From NCBI GenBank assembly GCA_030704615.1, contig CM060733.1:18848001-18912000 (forward strand): a DNA stretch of 64,000 nt, given 5' to 3'. The DNA comes from Takakia lepidozioides (taxonomy: Eukaryota > Plantae > Bryophyta). Positions 24,049 to 36,251 of this stretch are shown here, piece after piece; position 1 is the stretch's first letter; every line of letters begins with the position of its first letter. The position numbers and the translations under genes are program-made. Below the pieces are notes generated by a model that saw nothing but the letters and a program-made list of their open reading frames with translations, was not told the DNA's origin and searched no databases.

Positions 24049-26075
24049 TTAATCCAAGCCTGACGGCGCGTGGAAGCTATGCAGACAAGCTTCGGACCTT
24101 ATGGACGAAATGTGAGAAGAAGCTCCATACAGGTTCATGTACTCTGGATGCCCTTCGAGCACCGCCCACTCGCTGGCGCCATACCTTCGAAACATTTGGA
24201 AGAGCTTCGGCAAGGTCACTCCATATTTATGCCAAACAATAGCTTGTGGTGCACGCTTCGTTAAGATTCCACACTCGTTAGCGCGGACACAGTAGTCAAG
24301 CTGCCTTAGGGAAACTCTCATCAAAACCACCAACTTCAGAAACCAGCTTCTGACAAACTTGAATCGAGAGATTGCAAGACGGTCCGTAGAGAAGTCCCTC
24401 ACCATTCATTTTGATTCGCCCATTTAATGTTCCGAAGTGGTCATGGAACTTGCCGACCATGCTCTTTCCGTAGGCATATGTTAGACCGGAGAAAATAACT
24501 CCATCTGACCCTTCCCTGTTTTGCTTCAACTCTTGGAAGTGCATGTCCACCATGGCTTCAACCCAGTGCCTGTCTGCTTCACAGTCTGAATCTATGAAGT
24601 TGACAATCTGGTTCACTCTCACAGGGAGTGCTGCGAGTCAGAAGAGATACAGCAACCGGGCACAATTACAGAGAGGAGAGATAAGGTAGCCATTTGAACA
24701 TGACTAATAAATGAACCTGTTCACATGGGCCAGCATTCTTAGTTCTTGGTGACAGAGTCTAAACTTACCTGGGCATGATATTCATTCATAGCAATGCTGA
24801 ATCCTAGGTTGCGAGCTGCTGCTGGACCTTGATTTTTGCTGCACTTGATCAATTGGAATCCTTCAGGAAGCTTGAAAAACTCATGTTCTCCTTCGGCAAC
24901 TGCACTTCCATACCACAGCAGAGGGGAACCATCATCGACAAGAAGCACTTGTGCTGGGTAGAAGCTTTGATCGGTGAGGCTAGCGACTAAATGCATCACT
25001 TCATTTCGTTGTTGAGAGGACCTCACATACACCGGAACCACCACCACCACTGTGGGCCGAAAATCTCTGGACAACAGGATTGCGTATCCAAGGATAAGAA
25101 GCTGGAAAAACCAATGTCTGCCTGACATGCCCTCCAGGGAATATTATAGACATTTGCATCTGGCAAGGCCGATTGTTTACATAGATAGAATCTTAGTATC
25201 CATCATGAGGTACTAGACCTACAGAGCAAAGGAACTCACAGCGCACACCAGCAGATCATGTACAAAACTACAAGCATCTTAAGACATATGAAGTCCTACT
25301 TAAATAACAACGTCTTCTCGGATGCTGCGATCTTAGCTATGGCATTTCGCACACCATATGATTTGTGCGGCACTAACGAAAGCAGCCAACTCTTCTCCTG
25401 AAGGTCGACAAGTACTTGCACATGTGATGCATGACAGGATTACAAGCGTAGGCTGCTGTGTACCCAATTCTGTCAAGATGAATACCCTGGCCGAGCCGAA
25501 AAGCACGTTGCAGGCTATCGCACAATCATCAGATTAGGAATATATTGGCTCGGACATGATCCAGATGATGTACGTCTGTACTTAGGCACGAAGTATAACC
25601 TAGACCTGTAGTGATTTGTGGGGTTAGATAGGTGGGAACATCTCTTTCATTTTGACCTGAGCTACGGTTTCCTTGAGATTCTCTTCGTCCAGGCTCATGA
25701 GTGTGTATCCAACCTTCTCTCAGTGGCGCCATTGATACTTAATTCCTGGAAGTCCCTGGGATTAACTTTCTCGCTTTCGTTTGACTCTGAAACGTTGAAC
25801 CCTGCATTTTCAGCTTGGCTAGTCATCTCGACATTGCTTGCTGACGTACGTCCATTGTTACGTCTGGCATATGAATAAAGACTTTGAACAGGTACTGCCG
25901 TCAGCTTTCGATCCTGGGGATGTATTCTTCCAAAGTGGAAACCAGACACGCAGACAATTTTAAGAACGGAGAAGACCATCTTGTAGTAGACAGACAAGGT
26001 GGTATCTGCCATCACCTGTCGAATCTCATGCAATATGCTAGTTATAAGAGAATGCAGTCTCATCGTCCCTGTCAT
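24049..26075 (-). pseudogene. GT2 glycosyltransferase tandem copy A, frameshifted
   Basis: Same three-exon layout as 28007-29794. An 11-bp deletion near 24300 removes FEDV and shifts frame; the exon 1 frame stops at 25695. Confidence 0.85.
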
Positions 26076-26926
26076 GGTACCGACTTGTCAACAAGTTCCT
26101 GGATGAGCAATCCTGGTGCCCAACAACTCCGATATGCTGCCTGCACTGTCATATGATCCCTTCCCCACAATCCTGTTCCACTGCCTGTAGACTGCCCATG
26201 CGTGCTAGCTCAGTCAGTGGCCTGGTCGGTACATGTTACCTTCATAACCTCGAGCTATAATATATATGTCATATTAACACTTGAGAGGCTATTCATATTG
26301 CACAGAACTCGTTTTCGGAGTCCAGCAAACATCAATGCACTAGAAATGCGTTGTTTTTGGGTGGGTGGTCCGACCACGATCTTGTTCATAGATTGCTTTT
26401 GGTCCTAGAACTTAGCTCAAGTCAGCTCCTCATGAGTCCAACCCCGGCATAGAAATCAAAGAATGCAGTGCAATGCATATGTTAGTTCAACTGATAGATC
26501 TAGGAACCCGAAAAGGAAGGCACATAAGTCGGTGGAGATAGTAAGATTGGTCCACAGTGGCAGGCCTGTTTAGGCAAGGCACCTGTGTTCCAAGGTGAAG
26601 AGCTTGTGATCGGTTATGGTGAGCTCTACTGTGGTCTTCCACGCGTTGTGGCTGGTGGGTGGCAGCATCGTCAGCCTCGCTCGATTGCTGGCATGCAGGG
26701 CAGCCCAGCTCACTCCCATCCGACTGCTCCCGAGCGCTGCTCATCTGGCAGATAGCAACCCGGGCAGCCCCTCTGCCCTAAATCTGGCTCTCATTGTCTA
26801 CTGCTGCCCTTTCCTTTCTTTTCTCTACTTTCCTCAACTACATTACTACAGTGACATCAAGTACATACTGAAAAAGATGAAACGAAAAGGCCGTTGTACA
26901 GAAAAGTTGATCATATAAAGAACACA

Positions 26927-27085
26927 CTAGGGTAGCCTGTGCCGTTGGCCCAAGTGTCCAATGTCACCTCATAAGCCCAAATACAAGATCTCCTATGTAT
27001 CAAAGTGCGTTTCCTATGTCGAGGCCCAAATGCAACCTCTAGGGTAGCCTGCGCTGTTGGCCCAAGTGGCCAATGTCATCTATGT
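26927..27085. promoter_or_regulatory. Duplicated ~45-bp unit with site II (GGCCCA/AGCCCA) motifs upstream of GT2 copy A
   Basis: ctagggtagcctg.gc.gttggcccaagtg.ccaatgtca occurs twice, with aagcccaaat and aggcccaaat between. Confidence 0.45.
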
Positions 27086-28006
27086 CATTTAAGTCTAATC
27101 ATTCAGACTATTTTGGCTTACTCGGAAGACGTCTGATCAGTCTGATTAACTCTGTTCAATGCATTACTCTCCTGATTAAGGCTTCTGTAAATTACCATTT
27201 CCTAGTCACGGACCTCACCCACGCTAAGAAAATTATTGTCAACGGCTCTGAGCTTGGGGTTAATTTTTCGGAAGTGAAGGGCTACAATCAGGGTTGACAA
27301 TCAGCTGGCCTGTCTCGGCCTGTGCTTGATCTGGCCATTTAAGTAACACCAGTGCAAAGGAGGAGGGGGACAGTTTCAGACACTCATCCTACAAGAGTCC
27401 AATGCATACATGTAAAGACCAGTGCCCGAAATGGAGCCGAAATGTTGAACAGCTTCAATGGCATTGCGAGGAGTTTGAACACTTGCACCGGTCTTGGGGC
27501 CAGATCCTGAGATAGATGTATGTTCAGATCAAACCTTATTCCTTATTCAAATAAAATCTTACAGATCACGCACTGACGTTTGTGAATAGATTGATCAGTG
27601 CCCAAGTTGCTGCATGAGCGCACGCCTATCTAGACAAGAACATCTGATCTACTTGTTTTGATTTCTGAACCATTTTCAAGATCTATAGGCTTCAATCTAT
27701 GCACTGCTGTGTCCCAGAGTTGAAATGTGCAAACCGTTCTCACTCTCTTCCTCCCTCTCTTCTCTATAGTACACCTTCTCAGCCACCTCTTGCATATCTG
27801 CACGAGTGGTCTTTCAGGAGTGTACTGGTCATATACACCAACAAATTTTAATCAACCACCTCAAAATGAATGGAGCTCAATGTCAAGATCTCAGAGAGCT
27901 GAATTGACGAGTAATGACTTTATCAAGTCTACAGCTGACCTCTGCAATTCAATTTTCGCGTGTAATTTGAGGTATGGCTGATAAGCTCAACACACGAGTC
28001 AGTGTT

Positions 28007-29794
28007 TTATGCCATCTTGGGAGCTTTGGAAGGAATATGGTACGAGGCTCCATACATGTTCATGTACTCGGGATGCCTTTCGAGCACTGCCCATTCGCTT
28101 GCGCCATACCTTTGAAACATTCGGAAGAGTTGGGGGAAGGACACTCCATATTTATGCCACACCTTGGCATTTGGTACACATTGGGTTAAGAGTCCACACT
28201 TGCTAGCGCGGACACAGTAGTCAACATCTTCGAAAGCTGCCTTAGGGAAACTCTCATCAAAACCTCCAACTTCAGAGAGCAACTTCTGGCAAATGCGGAG
28301 TGAGAGATTGCACGAGGGCCCGTAGAGGAGTCCCTCCCCATTCATTTTGATCCGCCCATTCAGTGTTCCAAAATGGTCATGGAATTTCCCGACCATGCTG
28401 TTTCCGTAGGCATACGTAACACCGGAAAGAATAGCTCCATCTGAGCCCTCGGTTTTTTTCTTGAGCTCCTGGAAGTGGGCATGCACCATCGCCTCAACCC
28501 AGTGGCTGTCTGCTTCACAATCTGAATCTACGAAGTTGACGATCTGGTTCAAGTAATCCACAACGTAAATGTCAGACAGAAATGTACATACTCATGTATA
28601 AGAGGTTGTTTGCCGTACGTAGCCCTGTGGCCATAGACCCAGCGTCCAGTTTGGGAGGAACAAAAGGAACAGACTCTACCTTTGCGAGGGGCTCACTCCG
28701 GTTTGAGAAATCTAACGAGAGATCATGTGGTATATAGATCTCCTGGATTATTCAAGCACGGTGCTAGGGCTGCGAAGAGTTTAGTTACCTTGGCATGATA
28801 TTCATTCATTGCTATGCCTAGTCCCAAGGTCCGAGCAGCTGCAGGTCCGCGATTCTTTGGACACTTGATTAGTCTGAACCCTTCAGGAAGCTTGAGATCC
28901 TCTTCCTTGTTTCCATCTGCCGATATCTTGTACCATTGTAGAGGGGAACCATCGTCAACAAGAAGCACTTTCTCTGGGTTGAAGGTTTGGTTTGCGAGGC
29001 TAGTGACCAGTTCCATGACTTCTTTGCGTTGCTGGAGGGACCTCACATACACGGGTATCACCACCACAACTGTGGGCCGGAAATCTCTGTATGAAAGAAA
29101 TTCAAAAGGATGATCAAGAGATTAAGGAACAAGATGGTAGATATGATTATATATATCCGCTAGCCTGGTTTGGGTGACTTAATTCAGATTTTCACTGTAA
29201 ATTTGTTCTAGAAAACTGCACTTGTAAGCTATAGATATGAAGCAGATACGGAGGATCCTAAGCTTGAACATGAACACGCTAGTTAGACGAATCACTCCAC
29301 GGACCCAAATGTATTTTTGAACACTGACATTCTCATCTCAACCTGCCGATATCTAAGGTCTCTCTGTCAGTCATATTGAATTCTAGGTCCATGCAGAGAT
29401 TCATTGTTTCTACGGAGTGTGAAATTTGCAACCTTTGTTCAACCTCGCCCTCGACGCTTAACTCTTGGAGGCCAGCATAAGCCGGGCTTGAATTCTGGCT
29501 ATCTTGTTTGCAATCTGTCTCTGCGCTGGGCTCACTGCGCAGCACCTTGTCCGCCTCGCCATTTTCACTTTGCTTCTCGTTTGACGAAAAGGTTGGTATT
29601 GGTGGCGGCAACCTTGGCATTTGAGTTCTGATGTCCGGATACTCTCTCCCCAAGTTGAAACCACAGACACAGATAATCTTGAGGATGGAGAAGACGATCT
29701 TGTAGTATAACGAGAGTGTTGTATCCGCCATTACCGTTTTAATCTCATACTTGATGCTTGTGATGAGAGATTGCAGCTGCTGTGTCCCCGTCAT
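28007..29794 (-). CDS. Family 2 glycosyltransferase (GT-A fold), exons 29794-29343, 29086-28789 and 28543-28007
   Basis: In-frame GT-AG splicing gives VVIPVY, LLVDDGS, GPAAAR, FVDSDC, SCNL and GGFDESFPKAAFEDVDYCVR. Confidence 0.85.
28581..28700 (-). mobile_element. Older copy of the GA-associated LINE 3' end in GT2 intron 2
   Basis: aatgtaca..ctcat...gttgtttgccgta..agccctgtggccatagacccagcgtccagtttg...aggggct; the adjacent GA tract is degraded (cagacaga). Confidence 0.75.
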
Positions 29795-31777
29795 GGTGCC
29801 TCCGGTCCAGCACTTATGCCTCTCTGGCTTCTCTAGCACCAAATTTCTGACTTGTATAGTCTCCTATCTACTCTATGCTCTCCACTAATCTCCCTGTCTC
29901 CTAGTAGATCGGTCCTTCTTTCTGCAACCTGCACGTGACTTGAGAATTATATCACTCAAACAGGAAAATTCTCCTCTCTCTCCCAAGTACCTACTTTACC
30001 GATATCGAAGTGATTAGATCTATCTAGAGTCTACAGGTGCCAGCTAATAAAAATCTGGCCTTTAAAGTCACAGCTGCATCCTTACTCTACAGACGAGTCA
30101 TATCATGGCTAACCTGTTCACAATCGTACATAGTCAAGATTTCGCAGGAGAAATCGTGATGTTCTAATCTTCAATTGATGAAACACAAAAATTTATGATA
30201 CTGGTGTAACCGTGCACACTTGAAGTAATGCAATATAGATCTCCCGAAACCCCCTAGTTTAAAAAAATTACTTGCACACGAATGCCTTGTACGTAGTCCA
30301 GATCATATGAGTACTGTGAATTCCAGTTTTTTTGCAAATTTTTGAGACCTGGCAATCAAAACACACACACAGGCCTGCACACTCGTGAACACAGACAGTA
30401 CGCACACAAGATTTGGTCTAAGTTTCTAGCTTAAAACATGGTGACATACACCAGTCCTGAGTGAAGAACTGCGAATCAGAGAAAATGTCTGCACTGTCCT
30501 TGTAGTCGGTTCTTTTGGCCAGCGCAGAACAATTCAAAAGACTTGCATCATGGGATTTAATCCATAAGCACAGTACAGGTGAGAGACGCAATCTTATATA
30601 TAACACAAAATTGAATTAAAATTTCATCAGAAGCAGAGCAGCTGAAGTTCTTCGTCCGCAATGACAGGGACAATGAAATTTGAAGAAAATCCTTCAACAC
30701 AAACATTCACTGGAGTACTTAATGGTCCAGTTCTAGAGCTCACCTAACTTCCCTTACAGTATACGGTCTAACATTCTGTCTAAGCTCAACTTACCTTTTC
30801 AAAAAAACTCACGCGGGAAACTGATAAGCACGTTGGGAGAAAGAAGGAGAAAGGGAATAAAGCACAACAAATCAGTTCTCCAGCAGAGAACCGAAATGTT
30901 CAATATGGGAGGTCCTGAAGCAACACGTTACCGGAACAGCAGCCTGCGAATCAACCTGTCACAACGATCTCAGGGATTTGAAGATGAGAGAGGAGATAGG
31001 GAGCAAGAGCAGAAGAAACACATATATAGATCGAGAGAGAGAAAGAGGGAGAGAGAGGAGGGGACGTTTGCTCTGGCAATACTAGTGGGAGAGGGTGAAT
31101 TCTGTAGTAGTAACATCAACCGCGGGCCCACTACAGGAAACTACAGCCATGAAAGTTGGCGTGCAGGTGACAGCTAGACTTGGGCCCCAGTTTACTTAGA
31201 TCATGGACGTGTAGACCTCTGGCCTCCAACTTAGGTTACTGCTAAGAGCACACTAGTCGGCCCATAGTGGGGTCAGGCGAAGCAATATGTAGCAATCAAG
31301 CATGGGCACTTTAGAATGTCATCATGGTGGATGCCCCCACACCGCTCCGGTACACTTGGGCACCTCTCTGTCGTCTTGCAGGCCCAGTCTTGCAAGAGTA
31401 AAAGTGAACTGGTTTTGTACGCCGGACGCCATGGCCTTGCGCACATGAGCAGCTCACCCCAGGCTGCAGTTCTTGCACGAACCCTGTGCAGTCTGTGTCG
31501 TAAGGTGCAGATTGAAGACGGTGGGCAGGGATATTATCTTCTATCTAGAGCCCAGAATTGGCCAGACTGTCCTTTGAACAAGTCTCTCACAGACCATCAC
31601 ATGTCTCCTTTCTTCTTTATCTCCTCTTGCCTGATGGCTTCTATTTTATATACGAGCTTAGTACACCCATATCAGCAAAGTTCTCCGCCCTGAGATTGTT
31701 TTCATTAGCTCACTGGAATGTGGAGTCAAAGCATCCCCACCACCAACAATCACTGCAAGAATTGGTCACCTCTCTGA

Positions 31778-32143
31778 TCAATAGTGGTGATTCGAGACTC
31801 CGGATGAGTGCAGCCTCAAGATCAAGGCAGACCTGTTGAATTTTTGGAGGACCAAAACACTTGGCGGCCCAAAAAGCTTGGCTGGTGGTAGGACCCCTTC
31901 AACTGCAAACTGGGTTTTCACTGCCATCAACAAATCTTTGACCCTTTCTCTCTTTCTCTCTTTTTCTTCCTTCCCAAGACTGTGTCGCTCTTTCGCAACG
32001 TGGCTCTCTACAAATCGCTCCTTCGGATGCGAATCTGACGCCTCACAAACAGTATCAAAAAAATCTCCGACGATCGGACGGCGCCAGTCCGACCCTGCAG
32101 AGACGACACTGCAATACTTTATAATGAGATGCTTTACCTCCAT
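31778..32143 (-). CDS. Unidentified ORF, possibly the first exon of a small gene
   Basis: ATG-started 121-aa ORF with a plausible donor (ttcaacag/gtctg near 31832). No family recognised. Confidence 0.3.
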   Translation of the reverse strand: MEVKHLIIKYCSVVSAGSDWRRPIVGDFFDTVCEASDSHPKERFVESHVAKERHSLGKEEKERKRERVKDLLMAVKTQFAVEGVLPPAKLFGPPSVLVLQKFNRSALILRLHSSGVSNHHY

Positions 32144-32902
32144 GTTGGTAAATCTTCTGTTTTGTCTCTTTTTCTTAGATTAGGGTATTGGGGCTAGATT
32201 GATTTATTACCGCAAGCTGCCAAAGTAGATCAGAGATTCCATGGCTCCAAGATTCATACCTTACGTGAGTAATTACATCACCCATGAAAACCCCTACTAA
32301 CATTGAAGCGGACCGAGTGGACCGAGTCGCACAAATTCGTGGAATGCTCGGAAAGAGAATCCGGCAATCAAACGCTTGGCCAAACTAAGTAGTGAGGGAT
32401 GCGAGTTTGCTGTCGTAAATGCAAATGCAAGCACGTCCGGGGGTGGAAGGGAGGGGATCTTGGTCGGCCTCAACCAACAAGTGCAAGTGCACTACAAGAA
32501 TATTTCTGTTAGTTTCGGTTACGTCCTTACACTCGGAATGTTAGTAAAGTAAATACCTGTGTGAGCCATTGTGAGCCAGTCTCACACTCCACTGAGGAGT
32601 GGGCCCTTGTCGCTGATTCCAATGTACCATTGTTGGGCGGGTATTATTATTTTTTATACCACAGTTGTCCTCATGTTGAAATATCCTTTTCTACCATAAT
32701 TTTTTTTTAAATTTTAATATCCATTGGTTCTCAATAAAAGCAAAAAAAAAGCATGTTTTGTAATTTGCAAACATAGGAGGAAGTTGAATACAAGCCCGGG
32801 AGCCCCCGCGTATAATATTTTACGAAACAGCCTTGTGCTGGGTGCCTCACGGCAAGGTTACTCTTAAAGAGGTTATTTTCTCCCAATTAGTAGCTCCCAC
32901 TA

Positions 32903-33070
32903 GTCAATAGCTCAGTTGGATAGAACACTTCGTGGCACCCACGTGAATCTGGGTTCAAATCCTGATGCCTTGTCGGGTGTGGTATACTCTTCTTCCTTGT
33001 GCTCGGTGCCTCATGGCGAAATAACCTCTCACTATAACTAAAGGGGCCTGATTTGTGAGATGTTGCTCCG
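32903..33070 (+). mobile_element. tRNA-derived SINE
   Basis: A box TAGCTCAGTTGG (32908) and B box GGTTCAAATCC (32952). The body shares aaggggcctgatttgtg with the next copy. Confidence 0.65.
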
Positions 33071-33514
33071 GGAAAGAAAAGAAACAAGAGGTTATTGTCT
33101 CCTCTCACTACACTTACATGATTAGGTATTTGAAAGAACCATACAAGTATTGGGCAGTTATTTGATTTTTTTCATAACCGGTGGCTTCAAATTTTAGGAA
33201 ATCAGTAGCCTGCCGTTCTGTTACTAGTCGACGATTTTCATCAAATAACTGCAGGTATTAGGCGGTTCTTTAAGAGGTTTCCTTGCCAGGTTATTTAAAT
33301 GTCCGACCTCAGCCGGTTCCTAATTAGACGGGCTACCTCATTTTTCCATCTCTGGTGGTTAAAAGTCCTGTTTGGGGAAGAAGGGTTTCTACGGCCAGAG
33401 CCCAGAACTCCCGTTATTAGAGAGGAAAAAGAATAACCACCCGGTTTCTTAACCCTAGTATTACAAAACTGATACCAGCCTGGTTGTTTTTTTAATTTCC
33501 TGTCTGATACTCCT

Positions 33515-33706
33515 ACCATGGTAGCTCAGTTGGATAGTGCACTCTGAGGTGATTCTGCGCTCGAATCCTGCTACCATATTGGGTGGTATTATATTCTCCT
33601 CCTTCCCTGGGCTGTGCCCTTGAGCCTTGTGCTTGGTTACTTGGAAAGAGGTTAGTTTTTTCCTCTCCCAGTAATTAAGGGGCCTGATTTGTGGGTGGTG
33701 GCTCCC
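33515..33706 (+). mobile_element. tRNA-derived SINE, related copy
   Basis: GTAGCTCAGTTGGATAG head, degenerate B box gctcgaatcc and shared 3' body. Confidence 0.6.
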
Positions 33707-33902
33707 GTAGGTGTTATCAGTGGAGTGGAATCCATGAACATTCATTTACCGCCAGATACCATTTGTATCCAACATCCTTTTCGTTAAGACGGGCAGCAAT
33801 ACACTCATCCTCATTAGATTTCACTAAAGAAGAGACTTAAAATCACAGAACTGAACCCGACCAGATCGCAATTGGAAGATAGAAAACTGTCCTCCAGCTT
33901 AC

Positions 33903-34236
33903 CAAGATCAATCCCAACGACCTTCTCAGAAACAACGCGTACAGGCCCCACACTCGGGGATCGCCTTGCCTTGCGGCCACTTTCATTTTTCGAAATCTGC
34001 GCATCCCCTCCGAAGAAAGATCTCTGCGTATTCCACTGCTCGAGGAGGGAGCAATTCCTATGGTTGACGATACCGCAAGGAGAAGCATTCTCATTGAAAG
34101 AGACACTACCAGATCTTGGAAGGTGACTCTGAAGTAACCCAACACAATGACAGGCCCAAGACCACTCCGATGCAGCTTGTAGGGCGTAGACCATAAACAG
34201 CTTGTAGAAAGTGTCCATGCCCCAGTAATCAGCCAC
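33903..34236 (-). pseudogene. Isolated first exon of plastid Hsp70 (cpHsc70)
   Basis: A transit-like peptide and GPVRVVSEKVVGIDLG are followed by a GTAAG donor. No downstream Hsp70 exons are visible in the window. Confidence 0.8.
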
Positions 34237-34539
34237 TGGAAAGAGCGGGAAAGAGACGATTCATTCACTTAAAGTTCGACAGAATGGGCAAGAAAAATCC
34301 ATTAGGTTGCATGGGTGTATCTTTCAAGTCAATCTAGATTTTATCATGAATTGTTTACCCAAACAATCTTGGAGTCCACAGTGACTAGGGTTCCCACAAA
34401 TCTATCCACATTTGTCAGAGAAAGGTTAAAGGTCTGCCACCACATTGTTGTTTGGCGAGCACACCTACTGGTGATTATCATCATGTGCAGCTCATAGAAA
34501 GTGGTCACAGAAAACTTTGCAAATGAACTTTTTGACCCT

Positions 34540-35525
34540 CACTTACCTTCATCCATGTTGGCTGTGTTTGATAAGGTGTAGAGTGCTGTGGATCACACTT
34601 GAGAAGGCCTTTAACCGCACGTTCTGCATGCTCAATGGATTCTGTAGGCACCAAGCAAGGCTCCCCACTCAACAACATCTGGTTCAATTGGCATTTTGGC
34701 AATGAAGTCCTCTGCCTCATCCAATCACCCTGCACGCCCAAGAAGGTCCACCATGCAACCAAAATGCAACCAAACCAGAAAGAGCTTCAAGCCTTCCTGT
34801 TGCATTTGTTCAACAGTTGCAGGGCCACCCTACCACACCCATGCTAAGCATATCCTGCGATCATCATACTCCATGAGACAATGTTTCATTGATGCATCTT
34901 ATCAAACACATGACACACACGATTCATGTCCTCGCATTTGCCACACATGAACAAGGGCAGTTTCCAAAATAATATCAAGGGTAGTTTCAGCGTTGATAAT
35001 GATAGCATGGACCTCTTTGCCTTCTTCCAGGGCTGCCAAACTGGCACATGCAGTGAGAGTGCAAGTGAAGTGACCTTGTTGGGTATCACCCCTTCCTGTA
35101 TCATTTGCTCATACATTTCAAAACCTCCCTACCTGACAATATCCTGCAATCATCGCATTCCCGCAGAACTTATCACACTTAGCCATAGTGTTAAACACTT
35201 GACATGCATCTACCATGCTCCCCAATTTGGCATACATGTCAACAAGAGCTATGTCCAAAATCATATCCCGTTGTAGCTTAGCCTTGAGGATGTCAGCATG
35301 AACCTCTTTGCCTCTTTCCTGGGCTGAAAGGCTCAAACATGCATTAAAAATGCAAATGAATGTGACCCTGTCAGGTGTGACATCTTCCTGTTTCATTTGC
35401 TCATACATCTTGAATGCCTCCATACCACATCCCATGCTGAGCATATCCTGCAATCATGGTCTTCCATGAAACCAAAGTTGGTTTAGTCATAGTGGTAAAC
35501 ACTTGTTGGGCATCTTTCATGAGAA
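34540..35525 (-). pseudogene. Degraded PLS-PPR fragment with E domain
   Basis: YEQMKQEDVTPDRVTFICIFNAC, ALVDMYAK and FGCMVDLLGRAG motifs occur in broken frames. Confidence 0.85.
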
Positions 35526-36251
35526 TTTGCTTTCCAATTACCTCAATCTAAATTAAGAACTCTCTTGCAGCTTCTAATCGCCTTTTGTCTGATAGATGAA
35601 GGCTATTATAGACTTTCCTTCAGATTCATCCCTCGATCTTCTGTGTACATTGGGCCTATGGATTTCTATTTCTTGGCATTGCAATCACATGCTAGGTCTG
35701 TTTTGGATTGCTACAGCTGGAGCAGCAGTGCTCTTCTCTCCATTCGTAACAGAGAGATCACTAAGCTCACCTATAGGTCCTGTGGGATAGGACATGTCCA
35801 CTCTTCCCCATATTTCTCAGAAAATGTATTTCAGAGGTTGACAGTGAGAGTCCCCCATACAGAAGCAGCACTGCCAGCTGACAATTTATAGATACCAATC
35901 ACAATTTGCAAAACTTCACACTCACTCCTACAAATATCATGGTGAAGCAGGTTTTACCCTTGACAACTCACTCTATTTTAGCCTGGAAATCTGAAGGCAG
36001 GTAAATCCTCCCTCACTTGCCAGGCATGAGTCACTAAAACAACTGGGCAGGTCAATGAGAAGGGTGGAGGGATGCAAATAAGATCAAACCATGCTCAGGC
36101 AAACCAGCACTGCCAGCTGACAACTCATATATACAAATCACAGTTTGCAAAACTTGACAGTCAATCCTTCTACAAACATCATGATGAAGCGGGTTTTAGC
36201 CTTGACAACTCACTCTATTTTATACCTGTCTAAAGACAGGTAAATCCTCCC

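Noticed and set aside
32903-32975. Functional tRNA genes
   Set aside because: Cloverleaf stems are poor and the heads continue into shared non-tRNA bodies.
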